The notes beneath the pieces were generated by a model. It did not search any database and had not been told where the DNA came from. It saw only the letters and a program-made list of their open reading frames with translations. Shown here piece after piece: positions 36,628-49,731 of a stretch of 51,291 nucleotides of DNA. This DNA is from Atractiella rhizophila (lineage: Eukaryota): the NCBI GenBank assembly GCA_021432655.1, contig MU271209.1:62001-113291 (forward strand), read 5' to 3'. A program made the position numbers and the translations under genes. The first letter of the stretch is position 1. Every line of letters begins with the position of its first letter.

Positions 36628-37781
36628 TCAAGAGATTTCAATGCCAAGCTCTTTTGCCAAATCCTTGACCTCGGTATGGTCTCTCGTCGTCAACATCCTA
36701 CCAGCAGAATTGTAAGTATTATATCCAGCATAATGCATTGCGTCCCTTCCACGGGAAGGGAACAAAGGAGGACAGACCTGTTCGTATAGTGGCATTGAAG
36801 ACCTAACGCAAGCGGTTAAGACAAAAGGAAGGAAAGTGGGAAACGAGGGAGGGCGTACCAGGACCGAAAATAAAGTCACCTCCAAGCTGTTTCATGTCCC
36901 CTTGTTTCCCAATGTACTTCAAGCCCATGCTCAGTCCATCCTGTCCATAAAAATCGCAGGGTCGAGCAGGTTCACAGATCAGTAATAAGCGATGAAGACG
37001 GAAAGCCGCGTACGAAAATGCTGTCTTTGATCCCTGCCCAGCCCCTCTTCTTTAGATATGTTGGGTCTTCGCCCTTCTCCAACGTTCTCAAAGTCATTCC
37101 CAGCGCGATGTAGGTTGACTTGGTTGGATCCGCGTAGATGGCGTAAGGAGTGGACAGGAGTGAACGGTAGGGCTTTATGAGCTTGTAATCTCCACAGCCG
37201 ATGAAAACCTGTTTTAACAAAGAAAAGAGCATTAAATAGAGTTATGCGGTATGAGAAAAGAGCCTGAGAGGAAAGACGAAAATACTGAGGATACATAAAT
37301 TATAGGAGGGGAGGTTCGGAAAGGGAGTTCGAAAGGACATACCAACTTCACACCCGCCTCTTCCAGCACGGAAGCCTTTACCTCATCCGTCCATGCCTGG
37401 ACGTATTGTTGACACCTTCAAGGTAGCCACGTATGTGAGCTGTTGCAGCTATCAAAGCGATACGAGTAAGAAAAACGTGCATTCCACAGTAGAAGTGTCT
37501 ACCCATGGATATAAGCTCTGGACGTGAAGGTAAGAATTTCGAAAGGACGTACCGGATCCACACTACAGCAGTTTTCTGGTGTTCAAACAGCGATCCGAGA
37601 GTTACTTTGTTGCCTATATCCCACCGAAACCGAAAACATTCCTCGCTTAACACGATCTGTGAGCTTGAATGACGAAAGAACACAGACCATCTTCGTCGAA
37701 GACCTCCAGCTTCGACGCCTTCTCTAATTCTTCAGCTGACGGCTTCGTGGTCCTAAAGGCTTCTTTATCTTTTGGTGCCAT
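36628..37781 (-). CDS. AhpC/TSA-like (PRXL2/AAED1-type) thioredoxin-fold protein
   Basis: Spliced: MAPKDKEAF..LEVFDED|GNKVTLGSLFEHQKTAVVWIR|HFYCGM|CQQYV..|VFIGCGDYKLIKPY..IYADPTKSTYIALGM..QLGGDFIFG..RMLTTRDHTEV. Confidence 0.8.
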
Positions 37782-37930
37782 TGTCGGTTAGTCGATGCTT
37801 TGTTGCAGGATGCTTTCAAGTTGGACGTCAAGAAATATCCAGGTTGGAACAGAAGACGTAACAACGCACGTGACCTGTGTCGACCTTGTGGTCAAAGCTT
37901 AATTCAATTGCTAGAAGCAACGACAGCAAA

Positions 37931-39638
37931 ATGGCGACAGCAGACGAGGGTAATCCCCTCCTCCTCCGTCCCTCAAAAGTAGACTATACCTCTCCTTTCT
38001 TCCTCCCCGGCCGTCCGGCACCTCCAATCTGGCACCCCGTTCCCGTGGTCTCAGCTTCTTTTACTCAGGTGTGCATCTACTTTCCAACACTGTCGGTGGT
38101 TATGTGTGACTCAAGAGTGCCTGTCTTGGGTGGGGGGACTGTAGGGTGCATATGGGGCAGCAGCGGGATTGTTTTTCAGCGCAGTGCAGAATGCGGTTCA
38201 ATCTCATAATAAGGGATTTATGGGCGTTTTCACGAGGTCGGGAGGGACTATTGGGCTCTTTGGTGAGTGATTTCTCATGCGGAGAATATGTTGGCAAAGA
38301 GTGAACCTGGAAATGCCCTTATGTTACTTTGTCCATCACAGATAATGCCCTTTCCTGCATGCGCTTGGCTTGGTCTAAGCACGCAAACAATCTTTTGATT
38401 CGCAACATTTTTCTCGCAAACTCTGCGAGCTCTGTTGAAACCTCAACTTTTGTTCAACTCCTTTGAAATTACCAAATGTCAGTTTACTTCATTCTGGGTA
38501 TTATTACTCTGTATTTCAGCTCGGTTCCCTCGTCATTGGAACTCAAGCTGACAAAACCTGTGGCCTTTCAACCCAGAGCTTCTCTTTGGCTGGATCTTAA
38601 TTGATAGCTCCAACGTTCCTTGTCGCCAATTGACTTATTTTCGGACAAAGATTATGACCACTCTCATTAGAGTGCATTCAACTGCCCCTTTTTTTTGTTA
38701 AAGGACACTCCTTAGAGTACAATTTTTGTCTCTTCCTTCAGTCTTCACGCACGTCAGCGTTCATCTCTCTCTGCTGAATCCGAGCGCACTTTATAGGAAC
38801 GGAGGGTTGTTTGAAAATACCTACGGATTCAAAGTTAGAAAAGCATTACTTGCATTTTAGTTCCACTGGATGTTACTCAGCTATTCAAGGGACTACCTCA
38901 ACGAGAATTAATCGAAATATGAGGTCGTGCTTAAAAAATCTTTGTTGTATCTTGCATATGGTCGAAAGTTGTGTCCACAATAAGCGTGCATAGCGGCATG
39001 GCATCGAGCTCGCATGATTGTTGCTAATGTAGTTCCTGTTGCTTCGGAGTACCAGTACACTTGACTCGCGCACATTACCGTGTGATAATGATGCGTTTGC
39101 TGGTCGCTGCTTTGACTTCCACATCGATAATTTTCTGCAGTTTGCATCAATTCATACAACTTGCCATCTCTATTTTACTATTTCAAGGCTGCTTTGCCGT
39201 AAATCATAAGGAGTCTGCAGATACTGATACCATTAATTAGCGGCTCTTCCTTTCGTTTACACTTTCGTCGATGGAACCATGCAAAATGTTCGGGAGCGTG
39301 CCTCGACGGATGGAATCAACGGTGCTGCGGCTGGTACGTTTTATTTGCTTCCACCCCAATGAACGAAAACTGAGAAGGGAAACCTAGGATGTGCTGCCGG
39401 ATTCCTCGGTGGCCTCTCCCAGCGCTCTCTGACCAAAGCCTTTGCATCATGTGCTTTTCTTGGAGGAGCAGTTGCAACCTTCGAACTTTCGGGTAGCAGT
39501 TTCGGAGGGGAGATGAATAAGGACGGGAGACGGAAGACCCCAGAAGAACAGCTCGAGGAAAGAGAGTCCTTGCCTGCTGCAGAGGAGAGGAGGAGGAGGG
39601 AAATCAAGGAGAGCTTGAGGGCTGTCATGTCAAAATAG
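37931..39638 (+). CDS. Complex I 21.3-kDa subunit (NDUFA11-like, Tim17/22/23 fold), 4 exons, mostly missed by the ORF track
   Basis: Spliced: ..SFTQ|GAYGAAAGLFFSAVQNAVQSHNKGFMGVFTRSGGTIGLF|AALPFVYTFVDGTMQNVRERASTDGINGAAA|GCAAGFLGGLSQRSLTKAFASCAFLGGAVATFE..*. Confidence 0.85.
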
Positions 39639-40506
39639 ACAATTTATCGAGTTAATCTCTAGTTCAACGTGAATTAAAGCTTCACTTAGGCATGAGGAGA
39701 CTGTTTTACTGATATATTCAGTGTCCTTGCACATCCAAGCGATTGCAGTTGGTAGTTTTATGCTGCTCTGCGCCGACCTCAAGAGAAGATATGACTTTTA
39801 TTTTTTACATTTACTCTTTTCTTTCGGTGACGAACTGCTCGAGCTATCTTAGAGGATATTGATGACACGGGCCACGCCGTAAAGTTTGGTGATGCCGTAC
39901 GTCCTTTCTCAGGATGGATAGAGATTTTGTAAAGTAGACTATTTGTTACAGTAGCCAAAGTGACTTGACAGGCAGAAATTACAAAAGCAGACAGCCCGGA
40001 TCTTCCTATTGCAGTTGTGGAAGTAGATTCTCTGCCGAGAACCAGCAAGAGCCGATAATCAACTTCAAAGCAGGTAGGGGAAGAGAAGGTGAACTCTTCA
40101 TTCCAGCTTTGCGAAAGATGATTTTGCTTTGTATTAAGGATAAGTGTGAGGTGCACCCCTAGATGGGACGCGCGGCTGCTAGCCCACGTATCAATCCAAT
40201 GCTCGACGTTCATGTCATGATAAGAATATGTATTCTCAACACCGGACATGCCCAAAAAACAGGACGCACCTCTTGTTGTCCGTCCCACCTCCAGGATTCC
40301 TCTCCACCCTGCGGTCCCTGCAGCCAACTCTCTCCTCCCAAGCTTTATTATCACACGTATTAGCTTCAAGTTACCATTGGAGTCCATTGGAGTCCAAAAC
40401 CAAATCTCGATCACGACTCTCTTTCTTCGCAAGCTTCAACCACCTTCAACCATCCCTCCAAACACATCCTCCACCAAACCCCAGAGCGCATCAGCATCAA
40501 ATCGGC

Positions 40507-41554
40507 ATGAGCACACGCACCAACACCACCAAGCGTCGAAAACTCGACGACGGCACCTCCGCGCCCATGAGCGCTTCGGGTTCACAAACGGGGCTGGGGC
40601 AGGGAACGGGACAGAGTGGTGGTGCCGGGAAGGACAAGGAGGGAGGAACAGGACGGGGGAGAGGAGGTGGGACTCGCGCAAAGGCCGCTGCTAATGCTGC
40701 AGCTCTGGCTGCCGCCGCTCAGGCTCAGGCTCAGGCTCAGGCGTTGGCTCAGGCGCAAGCTGTCCTGGCTGCTGGGGAGGACAAGATGGGGAAGAACGAT
40801 GTGCAGGTTCGTTGATTCCTTCATTGCTTTGCCATTTTGCATGCGTTGGGGTTGCGGAGGTGTTGAGGGAAAGGTGAGGATGGATGGCTGATTGCTGTTT
40901 CAGTTTTCGCTGTCGAGTTTGAGCACCCAATCCATTCATTCCTACATCATCCATCACTCCCTTCTCTCCGATTCGACGCTCCATAATCTGACTTTTGAGT
41001 CCGTCTCCCGCCCTCTTCCTCGAACACTAGCTCCAATTCCAGCGGACGAGACGTCGTCGCAAACCGCATCAGCATCGACAGGGAATGATGGAGTTGCCGA
41101 GGAAGGAGACTCAGGAGGTGAGGCGGTTGGGACACGGAAGTCGAGTCGGAAGAAGGTAGCCAGTGCGAGGGCGAAGGATAGCGCTGCTTCGTATGGTACG
41201 GGGTATGGAGTTAACGCTCCATCCGCAGCGGTGGGAAGTGGAGGGAATGGAGGCGGAGGGAATGGAGGCGGAGGGAATGGAGGCGGAGGGAATGGGGCGA
41301 GGAAGAGGGAGAGGGAGAGGGAGGAGGAAGAGGCTTTGTTTGATTTGACGGCGTGGGATACGGAGGAGGAGTGGAGGAGGAGGTTGTGTAATGTCGGTAG
41401 ATATAAGTGGGACAAGGAGGCGAGATCTATCAGAGAAGGCGAGACTCTGAGTGGCTTCTTGTACAGCGTGCGGAATAAGAGTATGTCTTTCTTTGCGCTT
41501 ACTGAAGGTCGATTGACTTGGTACTTAGATCGGGTATTGAAAGTGGACCTGTAG
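40507..41554 (+). CDS. SAP30 Sin3-binding-domain-like protein with AQ and GGGGN repeats
   Basis: Basic NLS-like KRRK; FSLSSLSTQSIHSYIIHHSL and C-terminal WDKEARSIREGETLSGFLYSVRNK resemble the split SAP30 domain of fungi. Confidence 0.6.
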
Positions 41555-41861
41555 CACCACTATCTCATTCTTCTAATCTCCTTCGTGAGCTTCTCCTCGT
41601 CTGCTCAGATATATGCTCTAACTAAAGCAGCAGAGCACACTTGGTACCTTTCCATCAGTAAAGCAGTAATCTATACGTGTTTCTTCTTGCTCCTCGTACT
41701 TGAACGTGGCAAATGGAAAACGTGACTATCAAAAAGCCGCACGCGTAATAGGGTTAGGGCGTTGAAACGCAAGCAAGCACCTACAAAAGTCATTGGACGC
41801 CTCGCAAATTCACTCAGAGCATTCAAAATCAAAATCCTTGTGAGGGCCAGAAATCTCCAAC

Positions 41862-42486
41862 ATGTCCACTCAGACCCAAGACCAGCCTTGTCCTTCGACT
41901 CCAGTTTCCAACTCCGACTCCTCGCCTGAAACTCAAGCTCCTCCCCAAATGACAGGACCCGTTCCAGCGTGGAAGAAAGGAGTGCTCGCCAAAGGGTGTG
42001 TTCTTCTCTCCCTTCTTTCTGCTGCTGCTCTGGAAAGCAACATGGGATGAATGGACGCTAATATTTGGTCATGGTCAATTTGCGGTCTTTTGTTCGTTTG
42101 TTTGGTGGCAATCAATCGATCAACTGCTTTATGTTACGTTACACACGCTGCGATGGGATGGGATGGATGATAGAACTCAGAGTCCAACGGACCAAAACCT
42201 GTCGCCGACGACGCAAAAGTTGGCGGCAGCGAAGGGGAGGCATTTCACCAAGTGCGTTCTCTTTCCCACGCGTCGTGTTCTGTTTGAAGACTCACGTGGG
42301 CGTGATGACGATGTAGGGGTAAACCGGTGTCGTTGTTTGGAGGTATGGGTGGGAAAGGGGCGAAGAGTGGACTTGGGAAGGAGGTGAAGGAGGACGAGGT
42401 GCGTTTTTCTATCTTTACTGTTACTTTTACCGTATGTGGTGTTGATGTATGATGATATGCGGTAGGAGAAAGAGGAGAGCAAGTGA
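41862..42486 (+). CDS. Spo12-family small protein (4 exons)
   Basis: Conserved SPTDQNLSPTTQKLAAAKGRHFTK|GKPVSLF motif. Confidence 0.7.
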
Positions 42487-42963
42487 CCTGTTCTCTTTAT
42501 AGAGACGGTTGTGTTGGTTCCGCAAAATCGAGAGGAGACGTGGATACGCGTTTTGTACCTTTACGCGTTCCATTTCGTTCAGTCTGTCCATATCTGGGTC
42601 GTTCGCATTGTCTTTGTGTCTTTCTTCTTGGTGGGATATATTCTGCAGTCAGTAATAGACTTTCATCCGTACACTGCAGTCGTTGAGTACTTGAGTCTCG
42701 GACCTGCTTGGTACTCGGAAAAGCGCTGAAGAAATGCGGTCGGAGCAAGTGCTGCGGTCTGGTTGCACTGTGTACTTTATCAATCGAACGACCGCTCTTT
42801 CAGCTTTCAGCATCTTTGTCCATCAGCAGCATAGAACACACCACATAGCGCGCAGGCAGCAGCAGGGCTCCTTCACTGCGTTAGCGACCTCACAGCGCCT
42901 AGACGACCACCACCCCGCCAGTCTCTCAGTCTGACCTTCATTGGTTAGGATTGCACAAAGAAT

Positions 42964-45045
42964 ATGGCATACCTCCCCCCCTCCCCGACCGCCCTTCCCT
43001 CATCAACTGCTCTCCCTCACCCTCATCGCGCAGACTCCACCTTTTCTACGACCAGTGACAGTGTGAGGTCGCAGCATCTCCAGTTCAGGGACAACGACTC
43101 CCTGTATCCCATTGACTCCGTGTCCAATGTCGGAGTGGACGAAGATTCCGAGGTAGGGAGCTCGGTGAGTCGTCGTCAGGGTACGAAGGAAGGAGGTGTG
43201 AAGAGGTTCGGGAACGAGAAGGAGAAGGGCTTTTTGGACCTGGACCCTTATGCGGCGGTTGGGAGGGCGGTGGACGACTCGAGGAGTCGACAAAACACCT
43301 TGGATTCGAACCAGCAAACTTCGTATCCTCCACCTCCTAATCCTCCGCCATCCCACCATAATCAAAATCTCGGACTGGGAGCTGCTACTTATTCCTCCCG
43401 CACTACCGTCGCCCATCCTTATGCGTCTGCGTTCGCTCCTCCCAATGCTCCACCACCGTCACACGAGCGGTATCCCTCGAGTTCTAAATCCATACCTAAC
43501 TCGCACCACGACGATGAGGACGAGATTCGCACCCTGGGAGGGCATGGGAGGAACGAGTCGACGTCTCAGATGCCATTATACTCCAACGCTGCTCCTTTGG
43601 GATACAACAACTCGAGCAGCTCCTTCGGGTACGAGAAACAAGGAGCGTATTCTCAGTCGCTGTATCCACCGAGGGAGAAAGAGAAGGCTTCCGCTTCTGA
43701 ACTCACGCTCACCCCTTCTGGAGGGAATATGCCTTATGCTCCTTTGGAAGGTGGGGGGTATGGGTACCCTCCGAAGGAGATTGGAGGAGGGATGAGTGCG
43801 ATGGAGGTGAGGAATGCTGAACCAACAGTCAGACCGCCACTTTGGCAGAGGATGTTGAGGGATCCGACACCCGTAGAGCAAAAGGTGGAGAACTATAGGA
43901 GGGGTATTGGGGTCCAGAAGCGGGCGATTGGCTGTTATGTTCTCAGCCTGGGAATTCTGGTCGCCTTCATTGTAGAGATTGCACGGAAGTAAGCTATCTT
44001 CTTCCCTTACGCTTGATCGGGGATGCTGAGATGGCGCAGTTGGAAAGAACAAGGAAAGCCAATCGCCACCTCGCCCTTCAATCCATTCATCGGCCCCACC
44101 TCCACCGTCCTCATCAACGTCGGCGCGCGTTTTACACCCTGCATGAAGCCGACATCGCTCGCAAATGCCACCTTTGCCTGCGTAAACGATCGACTGACGA
44201 CCTCATCTTCGACCTCGCTCGAATCCTCCTGTACCCTCTCCGACATCTGTGGATTCGGAGGATTCGGCGGTGGAGACCCAGACCAAAAGTTCCGTTTCGT
44301 CCTCCCCATCTTCTTGCACGCAGGTCTCATCCACATCGCCCTCAATTTGCTCGCCCAACAGACGAGCGTGAAGGATACCGAGCTCCAGATGGGCACCTTG
44401 AGGTTCCTCGTACTGTATATCCCCGCTGGGATATTCGGATTCATCCTCGGTGGAAACTTTGCGCTCTTGGGTCAGCCATCTGTCGGTGTCAGCGGTTGTA
44501 TCTTTGGGACTACTGGCTGCAATATCGTCGATTTGGCTGCACATTGGGGGTTGGAGACGAGACCGTGGAGGCGTGCGATATTTATTTTACTCGAGGTTGT
44601 GGTCGGTATAGGGCTGGGGTTCATACCCAATGTCGACAACTTTGCACATTTGGGTTCGTTCCCGCTTCCTCTTCCCCCTTTTTAAGCTTGTCGAATTTGG
44701 GCTGATGATGCATATGTAGGAGGACTCTCTTCAGGTCTCCTTCTCGCCATCCTCCTCTATCCCGTAATCCACACGACCCGCACACACCGCATCGTCTTCT
44801 ACGTCCTCCGAGCCATCGCACTCCCCCTCCTCATAGCAGCTTACGTCCTCCTCCTCCGAAACTTCGATACCGACGACCCAAGCGCTGGCTGCAGTTGGTG
44901 TCGGTACCTCTCCTGTTGGCCCACCGCATCGAACAACCATTGCAAAGGAACTGGGATCCAAACTACCACTGTTAATGGTCTCAGTCCTATGTTGATGTTG
45001 CTTGGAGTGAGGTGGATGGCCCAACGCTGGAATCTTGATCGTTGA
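42964..45045 (+). CDS. Rhomboid-family intramembrane protease with long disordered N-terminus
   Basis: NPFIGP..GARFTPCM, PIFLHAGLIHIALN, GIFGFILGGNF, GxSG (GVSG), DNFAHLGG, C-terminal CSWCRYLSCWP. The exact 3' end is uncertain. Confidence 0.88.
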
Positions 45046-45345
45046 TGAGTGGAGGAGACATGATGGATGGGATGGTTCCAGTTGGATCGCATTGTGTATA
45101 CTCACTTTGTCGCTCTGCTTTGATGTTGGTTAGACCTCGTCATCGACGTGGTGAGTGGTCATGGACGCTACTTCTTTATTCTCTTTCATTGAACTTTCAG
45201 GCTTTCTTTGGCAGTTGAACAGGTTGTTTATAGCTGCAATTGGTACCCTGCGTTGACATGTAATTCTAACCACAACTTACAGATCCCACTGATAATTATT
45301 TGTCAAGCTAAACCAAATCGTAGTCGTGTTTACATTAATGACCAG

Positions 45346-48300
45346 CTAGGCCACGTCCACCTCCATTATTTCGTCATCGTCAATACCTTCAAATCCATCC
45401 ATCTGCCCATTCCTCCTATTCTTCTCCTCCGTCTCCTGTTCAGCAGTCCTCATTGCTTCCTCCTCCTCGTCATCAACGCCCCCAGCCATCTCCACATCTT
45501 GGTCCACCCCCATCCGCTCTTTCTCCTCCCGCTGTCTCCTCTCAATGTCCTCCAACCCCCACAGGGAGATTCCGTTCTGATCCTGCTCGTACGGCTGCGC
45601 CATAGCGCGTAGGAACTTTTTAGATGTGACGAGTGCCATGTCGGTCGACAGATTGGTCGCGGTGTCCGTGATGTACTGATTGATCCATTTGGGAAGCTTG
45701 TTCCTCTTATCCGAACGTGAGAACCGCTGCATTCAGTATTAGTTACAGCCTTCGGTGGGAGGCGAGAGAAATGGACCTTGTCGGCAAACACCATGAGCCC
45801 GTAATCTGTCTTTCCTCGCAATACACGTCCTACGCATTGAGCTGCCTGTCGCATTGCGTCGAATGTCAGGAAATCGTTTTCTCGTATTCGATGGTTGTCG
45901 CGCAGATACTCAAGGCGTGCCTGCACATCGATACATGGTCAGAACTCCAACTCAAGCATGAACTCAAACCATCTACCTTCAGTATTCGACTCTCAGTGTA
46001 CTGCCATGTCCCCCTAGTCAGACATGCGCAGACATTGGGAGTGGAACTGACCTGGTATGGGACGCCAAACATGAGTACCGCTCTCCCATAATTGTGATCG
46101 AAATCGATGCCCTCTGACACTTTCCCTCTTGCTACAGAGAGTAGTACGGCTCCTCGTCCATTATCGCAAGCCTGCTCCGGTCGTGATTACACACAGTTGA
46201 TGAGCAAAGAGCAAACAAAGAGAAGACACACCCGCCGGTAATTCTCCAAGGCTACGCTTGTCTCTAACGCATCTGGTGTTTCGACAAAAATGAGCTTATG
46301 CTTCCAGGCATCATTCAAAATTCCCTGTATGATGGCACAGTCAGTTTTCGCTGAAATAGAATCGAGGCGGAGGGACAAACCATATCGTGCCATGCAGCTA
46401 CGATGGATTCCATATAAAGGTAACTGGGGAAGAAACAAACCAGTCCATCCGGAACAATCTTGCAGTACTCGATGAGGATTTGTCCAAAGTTCCTCACGAC
46501 GGCTGGATCGTTCCTGACTTCGAAGCGAGAAGAAATGGCAACTTGGTCGCTGCCTCGCGTTATTACCTATTGCCAGCCCATCATTGCGGTGTCAGGTCGA
46601 TTTGTCTGGGCAGCTAAGTATTGAGATAAGAGACACACCAGTGGGAGGAAACAGTTTCGCGTTAATGACATGGCGTAGGACTCTTGAGTGACGGTTTGGA
46701 AGTTCAACATTTTCGGATACATGTCGAGAGGCGAAATGGTTCCTGAGGTAATGACCACCGACTTAAATCTGTCGAAAACTGGTTTGATAGCTAAGGATGC
46801 ATCGAGGCATCTGGCGTTCCCAAGTCCTTTAGCTCACTCATCACGGGATAAAAGTGGAGGAGGGACAAACGTAAGGTGAAATATTGGATTTGGAATCGTT
46901 GCATTGTCCGTTTCGAAAGGTTCAAGAATGAGGAGAAATCCTTTGTCATAGGTAGAGACGAGTGTCGCAAAGCCTGCAACCTTTTGAAGAGAGGACAATT
47001 CATCGAGTCTGGTTAGCTGGAGTGTGCGGACTAGTGACGTGAGGCGTTCAGCGCAAAATCTGTAAGCATTTTTGGATCAGAGAAAGCATTTGATTGAGAA
47101 GGGCAAATGGGACCTGAGCGGCTTCTTCTCGATGAACGTTATGTCTTTTACATGTTGAAGGAATGATGTTGGAGTCTCAGCGACGACGTGAAGGACTCGC
47201 ATCCGCGTCTTTGTCATGCGATCAACCCCTCACTTTGAAGATAGAAATTGGAAACAGACCTTCAAATACTCTATGAAACGTGCCAGGAAAGCAGTAAAGT
47301 GTTCAGCCCTCCTTATATTTCCCGGAACAGCTTCCGTGAGTATGTCATCAGGCAAGACTGTACAGGACCGCATCAGCATCTAAAACTCTACCGTCTCGTA
47401 TCGTGCGGGACGATACACTCACCAGGGTTCCCAAGAAACATATCCTCCTCTCTCCCCTGCTCCCGATCCTGTAAACCCTCCACTAGTCGCTGATACTCCT
47501 CCTGCAACTTCTCCGCGTCCGTCTGCTTAATCCTTCCACCACCCATCAATGTCACATCGCTCTCAATGCGAAGGAAAGAGAGGTGACGTACTGCTCGATC
47601 TTTTCAGAGAGCATGGTCACGCTCCTCGCAGCAGCATCAAGCACAGGTCTCGTTAAATCGATAGACAGGGCTTCAATGCACACGTTGTCTATTCGTGACC
47701 AACTCAGAAAGCCACAGGAAGGGTGGCCAAGAACTAGGGAAGGGTTCTATGGAACAGGACCAACCAATGTTGTGAGCCTCATCGAAGACGACGATGGCGT
47801 CCTTCGACATCTCCTTCGACACTTGCTCAGCCACTTTTGGATCGAGGAGATAGTGGAAAGAGTAGATGACGACGTCAGCGAATGCGAGCTGTTTACATGC
47901 GTCCACCACAGATGAGGGCAAAAGTATGACACGGCACGAGCGAGGTTCGAGTTAGAAATTCAAAGAAGAAGGGCTGGGAGAGAACGAACCATACGCCTGA
48001 CGGTGAAATATGGACAGTAGCCGTTCGTGATTCCGTACTGTTTTACTTCTTCCAGGGTATAGACGCCTGGAGGGATGAGATGGCCAGGCTCAAGCGTGCC
48101 CAATTTCTGATACCATCCCATCAACCAGTCAGGTTTCATGAAGGAAGAGGAGGGGAGAAAAAGGGAAGAGGAAGAGGAAGGGAAAGAGGAAGGGAGAGAG
48201 GAAGAATAGGGAGGGAAAGAGGAAGGGAGAGAGGAAGAATAGGGAGGGAAAGAGGAAGGGAGAGGAAGAATAGGGAGGGAAAGAGGAAGGGAGAGAGGAA

Positions 48301-49105
48301 GAATAGGGAGGGAAGAGGAAGGGATGAACTGACTTCATGAAAATCACATAACTCCACACTCCCAGGTTCCTCCCTCCCCTTCTCACAGACCCAAGCATTC
48401 GTCAAATCCCTGCACCTAGCATCCACGACCTTTCCTTTCTTCTCCTTGCTGACCTATTTCCATTCCATCGAGATGTAGGTGAGACGGGGAAGAAGGGAAG
48501 GTTTAATGGAAGAGGTAGACGAACGGTAGGATGGATGCACAGGTTCTTTCGGCTGGTCAACCCGATTCCCAGGAATCCTTCCTCCTCAATTCCCTCCTTC
48601 TCCCTCCTGTAAATCATAAGCCGTTTCAACTCCGCAAGCGCCTTTTCGATCTCTGGAACAGTCCGAGAACAGTAGATGAGCTTCCGTTTCTCAGGGTAGA
48701 ACTATTCATCGCAAACAGTCGCTCGCTCATTGAGTTGATATTCTCGGTGAGGGGCGAGGAAAACTCACCTGACGGTACGAGATGATGAGTGAGAGCAGCG
48801 AAACGGTCTTTCCTGTCCCTGAAGGCATTTCGAGCACGCAATGTCCCTATTCACCATCATTCATTACCAAGAGCTGCTCTTCCTCGCCGTGCTTCCTTTG
48901 CACGGAATCCTGCACAGGCTGCTCGCAGGTAAAGGGAAAGACCTACTCCAGCATCCAGCGTGCGTTTGAGGTCGCACATATAGGTGTACTGCTCAGGGTA
49001 GATTTTGTCATACGGAAAGATTATCTGTACAAGAGGCGCTAAGTAGTTGGAGGAGGAAAGATGGAGGTAAGAACAAACTGGAAGGTCGTCAATGTAGAAC
49101 TTCAT
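45346..49105 (-). CDS. RAD3: TFIIH/NER DNA helicase XPD (Rad3/Rad15)
   Basis: [104 protein letters not shown]. Confidence 0.97.
48160..48325. repeat. Intronic polypurine minisatellite, ~33-nt unit (GGGAAAGAGGAAGGGAGAGAGGAAGAATAGGGA) x ~4
   Basis: Seen directly inside a RAD3 intron. Confidence 0.9.
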
Positions 49106-49731
49106 CTTGAGATTACAGTGCCTTTGTTTGACGTTTTATGGCCTGAGAGTGGATTATGTGTAATATTCACTGAGATGATGTATCCGTGACAGTATTCGAG
49201 GCACCTCGCCTGCTCTGCTAGCTCATGGGGTTGGTGAATAAAGGTTTGGCAACTTTGACGCGTTACGGAACCAAATGACTCGGAAGGCGGGTCCTACATT
49301 TTTGTTTCTTCTTCAGGTTATAATACTGCACAGTACTCAAATTGTTGTAGTTGGAGTAACCTCATCAACGTAAAGGAGGACAAATAGTGTTATTGGCGGC
49401 ATCAATGGTAGTTCCTGTCTTATAGCAAGCTCAACACATTCAACGAAGGCGATAGACGTCTCAAAGGCGTATTGCAATGTGCTGAATAGGGAGAAGAAAT
49501 GCTATCGTGCCTTTGGCGTTCGAAGATACCTGACATGAGCCTGACTTGCTTTACTTGAATACAGCCGCAGTGTTGCGAGTTTTGACGAGGCCAGGCCATC
49601 GTTGTAATTCATCAAGTGAAAAAGTCCATCATGGCGCCAACTCCAAACATAGTCGCGACGTCTGAAAACGCGCTACTCTTCTGTTCTCCCTCCTGCTTCT
49701 TCCGCTCCTACGACAACTGACATCAGCTATC

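Noticed and set aside
39690..40450. 217-aa minus-strand ORF and short plus-strand frames
   Set aside because: No recognisable motifs; treated as intergenic.
44480..44500. GVSG instead of GASG suggesting an inactive rhomboid
   Set aside because: The catalytic Ser (GxSG) and His (AHLGG) are both present, and there is no iRhom-type GPx motif.
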